A stretch of DNA of 64,000 nt from Candidatus Spongiisociaceae bacterium (GTDB lineage Bacteria > Actinomycetota > Acidimicrobiia > Spongiisociales > Spongiisociaceae): contig CBDCOH010000002.1 of NCBI GenBank assembly GCA_965219685.1, forward strand, positions 800,001 through 864,000, in the 5' to 3' direction. This document shows positions 1 through 10,200 of this stretch, in pieces. Under the pieces are notes generated by a model, which made no database searches, was not told the DNA's origin, and was given only the letters and a program-made list of their open reading frames with translations. Within the stretch, counting starts at the first letter, position 1, and each line of letters opens with the position of its first letter. The position numbers and the translations under genes were made by a program.

Positions 1-106
1 GTGGGAAGTCGAGGTGACGGGCAGTTACGAGACTGATCTGGTGGCGCAGGTGCGCCGACCTGCCGAAGCGGGCGTGCCGGTGGGGGCGGTGGGGAGGCCG
101 GCATGA
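1..106 (+). CDS. rimO: 3' end of probable RimO (TRAM domain), partial
   Basis: Frame 2 reads WEVEVTGSYETDLVAQV...*, resembling a TRAM C-terminus; the stop overlaps the cinA ATG; rimO commonly lies upstream of cinA-recA. Confidence 0.5.
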   Translation, partial: WEVEVTGSYETDLVAQVRRPAEAGVPVGAVGRPA

Positions 107-1350
107 TCGTCGAGGTCGTGGCGGTCGGAACCGAGCTGTTGCTCGGCCAGATCGTCAACACCAATGCCGCCCACCTGGGGGAGCGGCTAGCCGAACTTGG
201 CCTCGACGCACATCACCAGGTGGTGGTCGGTGACAACCATGACCGCATGGTGCAGACGATACGAACTGCGATGGGCCGCGCCGACGCGGTGATAATCACG
301 GGAGGGCTCGGGCCCACACAGGACGACATAACCCGGGAGGCGATCTGCGCCGCTACCGGCCGGGCCATGCTCTTCAGCGAGGCGCACGCTTCAGAGTTGC
401 GCGAGTTCTGGAGGAGGTTGGGCAGGGAGTTTCCCGAGAGCAATCTGTGCCAGGCCGAGTATCCGGAAGGCGCCGAGCAACTCTCCAACCCGCGCGGCAC
501 GGCCCCCGGCCTGTTCCTCGACCACGACGGAACCATGATCTTCGCGGTTCCGGGAGTTCCCGCGGAGCTGCACCAGATGCTCGACGAACACGTGGTGCCC
601 CGCCTGCGCCGGGGAACCGGAAGCGACGAGGTCCTGGTCAGCAGGGTCCTGCGCACCTGGGGCTATGGCGAGTCTGCAGTCGCCGACCTGCTCGACGATC
701 TCTACCACGCTTCTCTCAACCCTTCCATGGCCTTCCTGGCGTCCGCGGGAGAGGTCAAGGTCCGCCTGTCGGCCAAGGCGGGTTCGGAGGATGAGGCCCG
801 TTCGATAATCGAGCCGGTCGAGCGGGAGGTGCGACGGCGGTTGGGGGCCGCGGTGTTTGCCGTCGACGACCAGATCCTGGAGCAGATAATCCTTGACGAA
901 CTCGGACGCAGAGGATGGACGATCGGCACGGCGGAGTCCCTGACCGCCGGGATGCTGGCCACCCGCCTCAGCCTTCTTCCCGGTTCGTCGGCGGTGTTCC
1001 GCGGCAGCGTGATCCCCTACGCGACCGATCTCAAGCCGACCCTGCTAGGGGTTCCTCGACAGGTGGTCGAAGACCACGGGGTGGTCAGTTCCGAGACTGC
1101 CATGGCAATGGCGGAGGGAGCCGCCAAGGTCATGGGGGTCGACGTGGCCACCGCTCTGACCGGGGTGGCCGGTCCAGCGGTGCTCGAGCACCCACCGGGA
1201 ACCGTCTTCGTCGCAGTCCGGACGCCTATGGACAACAGGTCCAGGTTGTTGAAGATGCCCGGTGACCGGGAGCGGGTCCGGGCCTACACCACCACCACCG
1301 CCCTGCAACTGACCAGGCTGGCAGTAATCGGCGAGTGGTGGAAGGAGTGA
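103..1350 (+). CDS. cinA: Competence/damage-inducible protein CinA (MocF + NMN deamidase)
   Basis: VAVGTELLLGQIVNTNA, GGLGPTQDDITRE, TAESLTAG motifs. Confidence 0.95.
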   Translation: MIVEVVAVGTELLLGQIVNTNAAHLGERLAELGLDAHHQVVVGDNHDRMVQTIRTAMGRADAVIITGGLGPTQDDITREAICAATGRAMLFSEAHASELREFWRRLGREFPESNLCQAEYPEGAEQLSNPRGTAPGLFLDHDGTMIFAVPGVPAELHQMLDEHVVPRLRRGTGSDEVLVSRVLRTWGYGESAVADLLDDLYHASLNPSMAFLASAGEVKVRLSAKAGSEDEARSIIEPVEREVRRRLGAAVFAVDDQILEQIILDELGRRGWTIGTAESLTAGMLATRLSLLPGSSAVFRGSVIPYATDLKPTLLGVPRQVVEDHGVVSSETAMAMAEGAAKVMGVDVATALTGVAGPAVLEHPPGTVFVAVRTPMDNRSRLLKMPGDRERVRAYTTTTALQLTRLAVIGEWWKE

Positions 1351-1901
1351 TGTCCGTAACCCGGGACAGATTCTTCGTAGCTATTCCCTTGGCGCCGGAG
1401 GTCCGGTTGGCGGTAGATGGATGGAGGAACGGGCTGGCCCTGCCCGGACGGCTCGTACCTCTGGAGAAGTTCCATGTCACGTTGAGGTTCGTGGGTCCGG
1501 CCGGCCGGGTCGGGCGGGAGAGGATCGTCGCGGCGCTCGATGTGGCCGCTCTGGGAGGTCCGTTCGGCTTCCGTGTCGGCGGCCTCGGTGGGTTTCCGAG
1601 GCTCCGGAAGGCAACCGTGGCATGGGCTGCACTGGAAGGGGACGGGGGGAGGATCTCGCGCCTGGCGGAGGTGGTGGACGATACGGTGTCGTCGGCGGGG
1701 TTCGGCTACGAGGAGCGACCCTTCAGTGCCCATCTGACCCTGGCGAGGATACGGCCACCGCGCGATATCCGGGGATCGGCGAATAGTGGTCCCGCGGGGG
1801 TACCGGTCCGGGCCACCGAGGTGGTCTTCTACCGGAGTCGTACCGAGGGCTCGTCCACCGAGTACCGCCGGTTGGAGTCCTTCCCGCTCCGGGATGGCTG
1901 A
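1350..1901 (+). CDS. thpR: RNA 2',3'-cyclic phosphodiesterase (2'-5' RNA ligase)
   Basis: RFFVAI, two HxT motifs (HVTL, HLTLAR); ATG overlaps the cinA stop. Confidence 0.9.
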   Translation: MSVTRDRFFVAIPLAPEVRLAVDGWRNGLALPGRLVPLEKFHVTLRFVGPAGRVGRERIVAALDVAALGGPFGFRVGGLGGFPRLRKATVAWAALEGDGGRISRLAEVVDDTVSSAGFGYEERPFSAHLTLARIRPPRDIRGSANSGPAGVPVRATEVVFYRSRTEGSSTEYRRLESFPLRDG

Positions 1902-1951
1902 GGGATAACGTTCTCACAGCCGGGCGCCGGTCCTTCACAACAGCAAAGTGC

Positions 1952-1980
1952 TTGACTGCGAACACACGTTCGATTATCGT
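1952..1980 (+). promoter_or_regulatory. sigma-A promoter containing a LexA (SOS) box
   Basis: TTGACT (1952-1957), 17 nt, TATCGT (1975-1980); CGAAC-ACAC-GTTCG (1959-1972) lies in the spacer, upstream of recA. Confidence 0.85.
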
Positions 1981-2092
1981 CATAGGCGTGTATTCCATGG
2001 ATAACATGGATGTAATCGGGTGTGTGTAATTCGGTACTTCGAGCTAACGCCCCAGAGTCCGGAAACAACCGAGCTAGGAGGAGTTCACGGTT

Positions 2093-2115
2093 CTGTCACT
2101 GCCGGCCCGTACCTT
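2093..2115 (+). promoter_or_regulatory. RecA-NDp/PafBC-type promoter of recA
   Basis: cTGTCActg-N8-TAccTT matches the mycobacterial tTGTCRgtg-N8-TAnnnT consensus. Confidence 0.7.
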
Positions 2116-2174
2116 GTGGGTGAGGCAACCGCACGAGAGACGAGCCACCGGCTCGGCAAGACGAAGGAGCGACC

Positions 2175-3233
2175 ATGAAGGATCGAGAGCAGGCCCTGGA
2201 CACGGCGATGTTGCAGATCGAGCGTCAGTTCGGCAAGGGCTCCATCATGAAGCTGGGTGACAGCGCACACCGGCGGATCGAACACATATCGACCGGTGCG
2301 CTGGCGCTCGACCTGGCGTTGGGGATCGGTGGAGTGCCCCGCGGGCGCATCGTGGAGGTATACGGGCCGGAGTCGAGCGGCAAGACAACCCTCGCTCTGC
2401 ACATCGTTGCGGAGGCTCAGCGCAACGGGGGGATCGCCGCGTTCGTGGATGCGGAACACGCTCTCGATCCGATCTATGCGAAGGCTGTGGGGGTGGACAT
2501 CGACGAGTTGCTGATCTCGCAGCCCGATACCGGGGAGCAGGCACTCGAGATCACCGACATGCTGATCCGTTCAGGAGCCCTCGACGTGGTGGTGGTCGAC
2601 TCGGTGGCCGCGTTGGTGCCCAGGGCCGAGATCGAAGGCGAGATGGGCGATACCCACGTCGGCCTCCAGGCCCGGTTGATGTCGCAGGCGCTTCGCAAGC
2701 TGACCGCGAACATCAACCGCTCCAAGACCACGGCGGTCTTCATCAACCAGCTCCGTGAGAAGATCGGAGTGATGTTCGGCTCGCCGGAGGTCACCCCGGG
2801 CGGCCGGGCCTTGAAGTTCTACTCCAGCGTACGTCTGGACATCCGGCGGATCGAGTCGATCAAGGACGGCCGGGAGCAGGTCGGGAACCGGGTGAGGGTC
2901 AAGGTAGTCAAGAACAAGTTGGCGCCCCCCTTCCGGATGGCTGAATTCGACATTATGTTCGGGCAGGGCATCTCCAGGGAGGGAAGCCTGCTCGATGTGG
3001 CGGTCAGCGCCGGTATCGTCAGGAAGAGCGGCGCCTGGTACACGTATGAGACCGACCAACTGGGTCAGGGGAGGGAGAAGGCCAAGCGTTTCCTGCGGGA
3101 GAACCCGGGCTTGGCGTTGCAACTCCAGGCCAGAGTGCTCAAGGCGGTGGGCATCGCCGACGCCGAAGAGTCCGAGGGGACGAAAGCCAAGCCGAAGTCC
3201 GGTTCCAAGAAAAAGCCGCGTGGTTCCGCGTAG
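2175..3233 (+). CDS. recA: Recombinase RecA
   Basis: GPESSGKTT Walker [25 protein letters not shown]. Confidence 0.99.
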   Translation: MKDREQALDTAMLQIERQFGKGSIMKLGDSAHRRIEHISTGALALDLALGIGGVPRGRIVEVYGPESSGKTTLALHIVAEAQRNGGIAAFVDAEHALDPIYAKAVGVDIDELLISQPDTGEQALEITDMLIRSGALDVVVVDSVAALVPRAEIEGEMGDTHVGLQARLMSQALRKLTANINRSKTTAVFINQLREKIGVMFGSPEVTPGGRALKFYSSVRLDIRRIESIKDGREQVGNRVRVKVVKNKLAPPFRMAEFDIMFGQGISREGSLLDVAVSAGIVRKSGAWYTYETDQLGQGREKAKRFLRENPGLALQLQARVLKAVGIADAEESEGTKAKPKSGSKKKPRGSA

Positions 3234-3388
3234 GCCGGTGTCTGGTTGAGCCGGGGCAGGGTTCTACGCATCCCGTGTAGTTCTGTACGCTGACACATCA
3301 GCGGGTGTCGTGCCCGTGGCCCGCTAGCGGAACGTTGCGTACACGGGTCGAAGACCGGATGTTCAGGTTTGGCGGGAGGCCCTGATCC

Positions 3389-4753
3389 ATGGCTGCTGAC
3401 AATCGGAAGAAGCCAGGTAATAGAGGGCAGCGCCGGATGTCCGGATCGTCGGCCCGGAGCAGCCGATCGCCGCACGGCAAGCGCGGTGCCCCGGGTCGAC
3501 GTTCGCAGACGGCCTCCAGGAGACGGGATGCCGGATCAGGGGCCACGCGCCGCGGCAGGGCGCAGGGACCGTCGGACAGGGCCAAGGGCAAGCCAGGCGC
3601 GAAGGGCAGACGGAGACCCGCCGGCCAGGGCTCCGGCAGCCAGCCGCGATCCTCCGGCCGTCCCCGGGGGAAACCTGGAGGGGCGTCCCGGAGGACGGAT
3701 GGTGGGGGACCACGAGGCCGGACCGGCGGTGCCAAGGGCAGGCCAGGCGCGAAGGGCAGACGGAGACCCGCCGGCCAGGGCTCCGGCAGCCAGCCGCGAT
3801 CCTCCGGCCGTCCCCGGGGGAAACCTGGAGGGGCGTCCCGGAGGACGGATGGTGGGGGACCACGAGGCCGGACCGGCGGTGCCAAGGGCAGGCCAGGCGC
3901 GAAGGGCAGACGGAGACCCGCCGGCCAGGGTTCCGGCAGCCAGCCGCGATCCTCCGGCCGTCCCCGGGGGAAACCTGGAGGGGCGTCCCGGAGGACGGAT
4001 GGTGGGGGACCACGAGGCCGAGCCGGCGGTACGCGGGGTCCGGGTGACCGCCATCGTCCAGCCGGGAAGCCCGGTCGCAGAGCCCCGCACACCGGGGTCG
4101 GGCCCGGCAACCTACCCGGATGGTTGCGTGACGAGATCCGCCGCGTAACTCGAAGTGACCGCCAGGCGGCGGCGTTGCGGGTGTTGTCTGAGGCCGTGGA
4201 CGCATATGGCGACGACGAGTTCGGAGCCGCCCGCCGCAAGCTGCTGAAGGCCAAGGAGCTCAGCCCCCGGGCGTCTGCGGTGCGTGAGTTGCTGGGACTG
4301 AGCGCCTACCACAGCCGGGCATGGGGCGAAGCCCTCGCGGAACTCCGGGCCTACCGTCGGCTTACCGGAGACACCACGCACATGCCGGTGGAGATGGACT
4401 CGCTACGGGCTCTTGGGCGGGGCGCCGATGTCGAGAAGACCTGGGAGCGGTTCGTCGAGTTGGGAGGCAACCGTCCGACGTACGCGGAAGGGCGTGTGGT
4501 CTACGCCTCGTTCCTGCTCGACCAGGGCCGCGCAGCCGATGCATGGCGCGTCACGAATCCGTCCCGGATTCCCCACGACGCCAAGCCGTACGAGCTAAGG
4601 GTGTGGTTCGTGGCCGCCCGGGCTGCGCTGGCCCTCGGTGAGATTCCGGCCGCGAAGCAGTTGACCGAAGCCATCCGGAGACTCGATCCGGACATGACGG
4701 GCCTAGGGGACCTCATGGCCGGCATCGCCACCGAGCGACGGCGCCGGTCATAA
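3389..4753 (+). CDS. TPR-like protein with long Arg/Gly-rich repetitive N-terminus
   Basis: Helical TPR-like C-terminus (AVRELLGLSAYH..WGEALAELRAYRRLTG..MPVEMDSLRALGR); low-complexity N-terminus. Confidence 0.75.
   Translation: MAADNRKKPGNRGQRRMSGSSARSSRSPHGKRGAPGRRSQTASRRRDAGSGATRRGRAQGPSDRAKGKPGAKGRRRPAGQGSGSQPRSSGRPRGKPGGASRRTDGGGPRGRTGGAKGRPGAKGRRRPAGQGSGSQPRSSGRPRGKPGGASRRTDGGGPRGRTGGAKGRPGAKGRRRPAGQGSGSQPRSSGRPRGKPGGASRRTDGGGPRGRAGGTRGPGDRHRPAGKPGRRAPHTGVGPGNLPGWLRDEIRRVTRSDRQAAALRVLSEAVDAYGDDEFGAARRKLLKAKELSPRASAVRELLGLSAYHSRAWGEALAELRAYRRLTGDTTHMPVEMDSLRALGRGADVEKTWERFVELGGNRPTYAEGRVVYASFLLDQGRAADAWRVTNPSRIPHDAKPYELRVWFVAARAALALGEIPAAKQLTEAIRRLDPDMTGLGDLMAGIATERRRRS
3581..4030 (+). 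repeat. 3 x 150-bp near-perfect in-frame tandem repeat
   Basis: Units start at 3581, 3731 and 3881 (gccaagggca..); encodes a 50-aa unit. Confidence 0.95.
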
Positions 4754-4965
4754 CGATCTAAACGCTAACTACCAACTACGAACCAGTCATCTAACCGGCC
4801 AAGGCGGCCAGCGTGTCGCTCTTCCTGATGAGAGCCACCCCCAGCAGCGTGGTCCATGCAACCTGCACGAGTGCCAGGAGATTACCCACGAAGTACACAA
4901 GAAGACTGTCGTGGCTGTGGGAACCTAATATGAGCCGAGTTGCCGTCGGCGAGTCGTGTAGGGCT

Positions 4966-5241
4966 CTACCTAGCCACACTGTCGAGGACCGTCAGAGCCT
5001 GCTTGGCCACGTCGGCATACTGGACCAGGTCGGCCATGGCTCTGCGCTCGGTCGGTACCTCCGGGCTGTCGGTCAAGATGGAGAGAACCCTCTGAGCGTC
5101 CTCTCCACCGACCTTGGCTGCGATCTCGCTGGCTGCCCTGGCTCGGTTACCGATCCGCATCACTTCCGTTAGCGCGATACGCGCCTCGGTCAGCGTTTCC
5201 CGCACCTCGGCGGCTTCCAATTCGAGGTTTCGTTCTGCCAT
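4966..5241 (-). CDS. Hypothetical helical protein
   Basis: 91-aa ORF with plausible RBS (gaggagag) and protein-like composition. Confidence 0.4.
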   Translation of the reverse strand: MAERNLELEAAEVRETLTEARIALTEVMRIGNRARAASEIAAKVGGEDAQRVLSILTDSPEVPTERRAMADLVQYADVAKQALTVLDSVAR

Positions 5242-5473
5242 CGGTCGATCCGCTCTCCTCGGTCGGTACTAGGTCAGAACGATACTCGATTCACAAAGCC
5301 CCTGGGCAGGTGGTTTGGCGAAAACACCACGCTATCGCCCGGGCAGGATGTTCCGTGCGGTCGGACCTCCGAGGATCACCCACCAGCTCGTCGACGACGT
5401 ATGTGAGCGATCCGGCCGGCGGACGAAGCAGACCGTGGGCGGGGACCCGGGACATCGAAAAACGCCGAACTCG

Positions 5474-5493
5474 ACATCGTTACATAACGATGT
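5474..5493. promoter_or_regulatory. Palindromic operator-like site upstream of ssb paralogue
   Basis: ACATCGTTA-CA-TAACGATGT, a perfect 9-bp inverted repeat. Confidence 0.45.
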
Positions 5494-5555
5494 ATGTCAC
5501 AGCCAATCCTTACATTGATATTTCCTCCGCGCTTCCCTTGATGAAGGAGCAGCAT

Positions 5556-5909
5556 ATGACCAAGGACCAAGCAGACCGCATGGACGACCAGACCCCGCCC
5601 CGTGACCGTAACGAGGTAGTTCTGAGAGGGACGCTCGCAACCGCGCCCGAGCACCGGACGTTCGGTTCGGGCGCTTCTCTCGCCCGTCTACTCGTGACTG
5701 TCCGCCTCACGTCTCCGAGCCGGACAGACGTGCTTCCGGTCACCGTGTGGGAACCCGATCCCGAACTGCTGAGCGCGGTGCGTGGTGTGCCCGTCGAGGT
5801 GACCGGACAGGTACACCGGCGTTTCTGGACGGATGCCGAAGGACGCCATAGCCGAGTGGAGGTGGTTGCCGACTCCGTCGAGTTGGGCGAGGTTCCGCCC
5901 GCGGAGTGA
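5556..5909 (+). CDS. Short single-stranded DNA-binding protein (SsbB-like OB fold)
   Basis: NEVVLRG...PEHRTFGSG...VEVTGQVHRRFW...SRVEVVA; RBS gaaggag. Confidence 0.8.
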   Translation: MTKDQADRMDDQTPPRDRNEVVLRGTLATAPEHRTFGSGASLARLLVTVRLTSPSRTDVLPVTVWEPDPELLSAVRGVPVEVTGQVHRRFWTDAEGRHSRVEVVADSVELGEVPPAE

Positions 5910-6022
5910 AGCACACCCATACTGAAGGTGCTCGGATCGTGTCCGGCCGGAATCAGATACGCGAAGACTGCGCGGTGGCTGCGGATGGCCGGACACGATT
6001 CCCGGGAGGGGATAATGGGTAG

Positions 6023-6790
6023 ATGAGAGTTCCGGTTCGCCCGCGCTGGATCGTATTCTCGGCGCTGGTGGTGTTAGTCGCAGTCGCCTGTGCTGTGCTC
6101 GGGTTCTGGCAACTCGGGCGTCTCGAGGAGCGGCGAGCATCCAACGCGGTGCTGGAAAGCCGCTTGGGCCGGGAACCCGTGTCGCTCGACGAGGTGAGGA
6201 GTGCTCTGCAACCTGTCGAGGGAATGGAACCGGATCCGTCCGACTACGAGTTCACCCCGCTGACCGCCCGGGGTGTTCTTGTGGACGAGGGGAGGGTCGT
6301 TGTCCGTTCCCAGGTAGTGAACGGCCAGGCGGGGGTCCACGCGGTCTTGCCGCTCGCGCTCGAGGACGGCAGTGCGGTGCTGGTGAACGTAGGGTGGTTC
6401 CCGCTCGGGGTCGACCCCGGCCCGGCCACCGTCCTGTTTCCGCCTTCGGGCCGGATCGAGTTGACTGGGCTGCTACGCGCCGACCAGCAGCGCCCCGCCT
6501 TCGGACGACGGGAGACGGAGGGAACCCTGGAGACAGTGGCCCGGATCGACGTAGGACGGATCCAGGAACAGGTTGGTCTCCCACTGCTGCCATTCTGGAT
6601 ACAACTGGTCGGACCTGACGACCCGCAGCGTCTACCGATCCCTGTGACGCTCCCGGCCGTGGACGACGGACCCCACCTCTCCTACGCGGTCCAGTGGTTC
6701 TCGTTCGGATCGATCGCGCTCGTCGGCTACGTGGCCCTGATGAGGAGGGAACTGGGACTCGGCGGGCGCCGGCGTGTGAAGGGATGCTGA
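6023..6790 (+). CDS. SURF1 family protein
   Basis: LGFWQLGR, VNVGW, HLSYAVQWF. Confidence 0.92.
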   Translation: MRVPVRPRWIVFSALVVLVAVACAVLGFWQLGRLEERRASNAVLESRLGREPVSLDEVRSALQPVEGMEPDPSDYEFTPLTARGVLVDEGRVVVRSQVVNGQAGVHAVLPLALEDGSAVLVNVGWFPLGVDPGPATVLFPPSGRIELTGLLRADQQRPAFGRRETEGTLETVARIDVGRIQEQVGLPLLPFWIQLVGPDDPQRLPIPVTLPAVDDGPHLSYAVQWFSFGSIALVGYVALMRRELGLGGRRRVKGC

Positions 6791-7264
6791 ACGCCGGGCC
6801 TCCTATGACCTGGGCGACTCCACGCGACGAGGGACTACCGGTCCACGAATAGCCTGGTGGATCGGTCGCCACACCTCGGCGTGTCTCTCTTCGAGTGGTA
6901 GGGAGAGAGAGAGGAGTTCGTTGGGAGTCCGAACAGGGCTGTTCCACCTGCTTGCATCCTTGTGAACCTCCCACTGAGGCCGTCTATGGCCCGGCGTAGC
7001 CGGTATCCGTTTGGTTCAGCCTGGCCGACCGTCGCCAGGATCTGGTCTCGCACGGGCACTTCTCCTCATCTTCACAATCCGCCGGCCCGTGTCTCCGGGC
7101 TTTCTGTAATCGGCACACCGCATTATGATGAAGATCAATTCACTATCCGAGTAAGAGACATGACGAATTGTTGACAGGATTTGAGGTATGACTGGGGATG
7201 TGCCGGTCTCCCGCATACCGCGCTCAACGACCGGACCTAGACCGCGCGATTTCTCGCCCGAGAG

Positions 7265-10200
7265 TTGAGTTGCGGGTCGGTGTATCGGCAAGGCGTCACG
7301 TCCCGGGTGTTGGCCGCCGTGCTGTCCGCGCTGGTGGTGGGATCAGGTCTGGCTTCCGTGCCGGGTGCTGCCGCACAGTCCGCCAGCTTTGATGATGTCG
7401 CGCCCGACAACGTCCACACGCCCCATATCGAGGGGTTGGACCGGTTGGGAGTTTTCGAGGGTACGGAGTGCGGCGAGAGCCTGTTCTGCCCGCAGAAGCC
7501 GTTACCGCGCTGGGTGATGGCTGTGTGGATGGTGCGGTTGCTGGCCACCGGCGAGCCGGCTAAGGAGTCAGGCGGTTCGCGGTTCGCGGACGTGGACGCC
7601 GACGAGTGGTGGGTGCCCTATGTGGAGCGGTTCGATGATCTGGGGATCACCGTGGGCTGTGACGCGGGGCCGCCGCGGCGGTACTGTCCGGATGAATTCG
7701 TGAGCCGGGGGCAGATGGCGACCTTCCTGGCGAGAGCGTTCGATCTGCAGTCCGGGGCCGAGGCGGGGTTCGCTGACGTTTCGGGCGGTGTCCATGCCCC
7801 TCAGATCAACGCGTTGGCGGCTTCGGGCATCACCGTGGGTTGTGACGTGGGGCCGCCGCGGCGGTACTGTCCGGATGAATTCGTGAGCCGGGGGCAGATG
7901 GCCTCCTTCCTCAAGCGGGCTCGAACCGCCTTCATGGGGCCGTGTCCCGATGCAGAGTCTCAGGAAGCCACCGGCGGCGGGGATGGCGGCTCGGGAGGAG
8001 GGTCCGGAACAAGCACCGGTTCCGGTGGCTCGGGCCCCGCTGGTCCGGGCGGCCCGCCGCAGGGTCCTCCGCCTTCCCTGCCTGCTCCGGTCCAACCTCC
8101 CCCGGACGCGCCGCAGTCGCTGGAAGTCGATCCCGGTGAGGCAAGCTTGAGGGTTAGCTGGAGTCCGCCCGATCACAGCGGGCCGGGCGTCGTCGGGTAC
8201 CGACTGCGGTGGAAGGGTCCCGGCCAGGGGTACAGCGACACCGACAGGTCGGACGCCACCACCGCTTTGAGCTACGAGATCACCGATCTGGCCAATGGCG
8301 CAAAGTACGACGTTCAGGTCGCGGCCGGCATCCGGGGCATAGGTTTCGGGGGTTGGTCCGAGGCTTCCGGCACACCCCGTACGGTGCCCCATGCGCCAAG
8401 GTCGCCAAGAGTGTCCAACGGTGACGAGAAGCTCACGGTGAGCTGGACGGCGCCGGCGGCGAACGGCGGGGCGCCGGTGACCGGCTACCGCGTGGAGTGG
8501 TCCTCCGACGGCGTGACACTCGGCGAAGAGAGCGCGACCGGCCTGAACCATGAAATCGAGGACCTGACCAACGGCACCGACTATGTGGTGCGAGTGGCCG
8601 CAGTGAATGCAGCGGGTGCGGGACCCTGGTCGGTTGAGGCCGAGGGCTCGCCGGTCGGAACCCCGGACGCCCCCCAGGTTGTCAGTACCGAGCCGGGAGA
8701 CAGGTCGGTGACGATCGAGTGGTCGCCACCGACCGACGATGGCAGTTCGGCGATCACCGGGTACAAGGTGCAGTGGCGTTCCGGCACGCAGGAGTACAGC
8801 TCGAGCCGCCAGAGGGGGGTGGCCGCGGACGTCTCGGAGTACGAGGTCACCGGTCTGGTCAATGGCACGGAGTACGAGGTTCGGGTGGTCGCGGTGAACG
8901 CGGTGGGCGACGGCGAGCCCTCGATGGGAGCATCCGCCACCCCCGCAACCACGCCCGGACCACCGCGCACGGTGCTAGTGGCGCGGGGTGACGCGTCGGG
9001 GACGGTGGCGTGGTCGTCACCGTCCGCAGCCGGAGGCAAACCGGTCACCGGTTACGTCGTCCAGTGGTCCGACGACGAGTTCGACCAATCTGTCAACGAG
9101 GCTCAGGTAGCGGCGGACGTCTCGGAGTACGAGATCTCCGGTCTGGTCAATGGCACGGAGTACGAGGTTCGGGTGGTCGCGGTGAACGCGGTGGGCGACG
9201 GCGAGCCGTCGCAGGGCGCGTCCCTGACCCCGGCGACTGTTCCGGGCGCGCCCGCTGATCTGGACGTCGCCCGTGGCGTCCGATCCGTGACCGTTTCGTG
9301 GGGAGCGCCCAGCGATGGCGGATCGGCTATCACGGCTTACCGGGTGCAGTGGCGCGCCGACGACGGCGACTTCGAGGACTCGGATACACAGGCTTCGGTC
9401 GCCGGCGGTTCTTTGAGCCGCCGGATCACCGGTTTGGTCAACGGCACGGAGTACTTTGTTCGGGTGGTCGCGGTGAACGCTGTGGGTGAGGGGCCCTGGT
9501 CCTCGGTCGCTTCGTCCACCCCGGCGGTGGTGCCCGGACCGCCGCAGAACGTCGCAGTCACACCGGCCAACGGGTCGGTCACAGCAACCTGGCAGGTCCC
9601 TGCGAGCACCGGCGGCTCGCCGATCACCAGTTACAAGGTGCAGTGGCGGGCCGAGAGCGAAGGGTACGACTCCGGGCGTCAGGCCGCCGTGACCGACCTG
9701 GACGATCTGAGTTACGAGATCACCGGCCTGAGCAACGGGACGAAGTATTTCATTCGGGTGGTCGCGGTCAACGCGGTCGGCGATGGGGCCGCGCCCAAGG
9801 AGCTTGCGGCCACGCCTGTCACCAGTCCGGAAGCTCCCGGGAAGGTTGCCGCCGAGCGGGGGGACCGCGCCGTGACGGCAACCTGGGAGGCTGCCGACGA
9901 CGGTGGCTCGGACATAACGCGGTACAGGGTGCAGTGGCGCGCGGGCGATGACAAGTTCAAGGATTCGGATTCTCAGGCCACGGTCGGTGGGAGCGTTTCG
10001 AGCCGGCGGATCACGGGTCTCACCAATGGCACCGAGTACTGGGTGCGGGTGCAGGCGACCAACAGTGTGGGTGACGGGCCGTGGTCGGCGTCGGCGTCCG
10101 CGGTGGCGGCGACCGTCCCGGGCGCGCCCGGCAGCGTTGTCGCCGGGCGGGGCGACCGTTCGATAACCGTGACGTGGCAGGCGCCGTCCGCCACTGGCGG

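Noticed and set aside
3581-4030. CRISPR array
   Set aside because: Contiguous 150-bp coding units with no unique spacers; no cas genes in the window
4791-4979. Small hydrophobic minus-strand ORF
   Set aside because: No RBS or family motif; cannot be distinguished from noise or a remnant
6790-7264. Riboswitch or ncRNA upstream of the FN3 gene
   Set aside because: Small hairpins only, with no recognisable aptamer consensus; TTGACA at 7171 lacks a properly spaced -10
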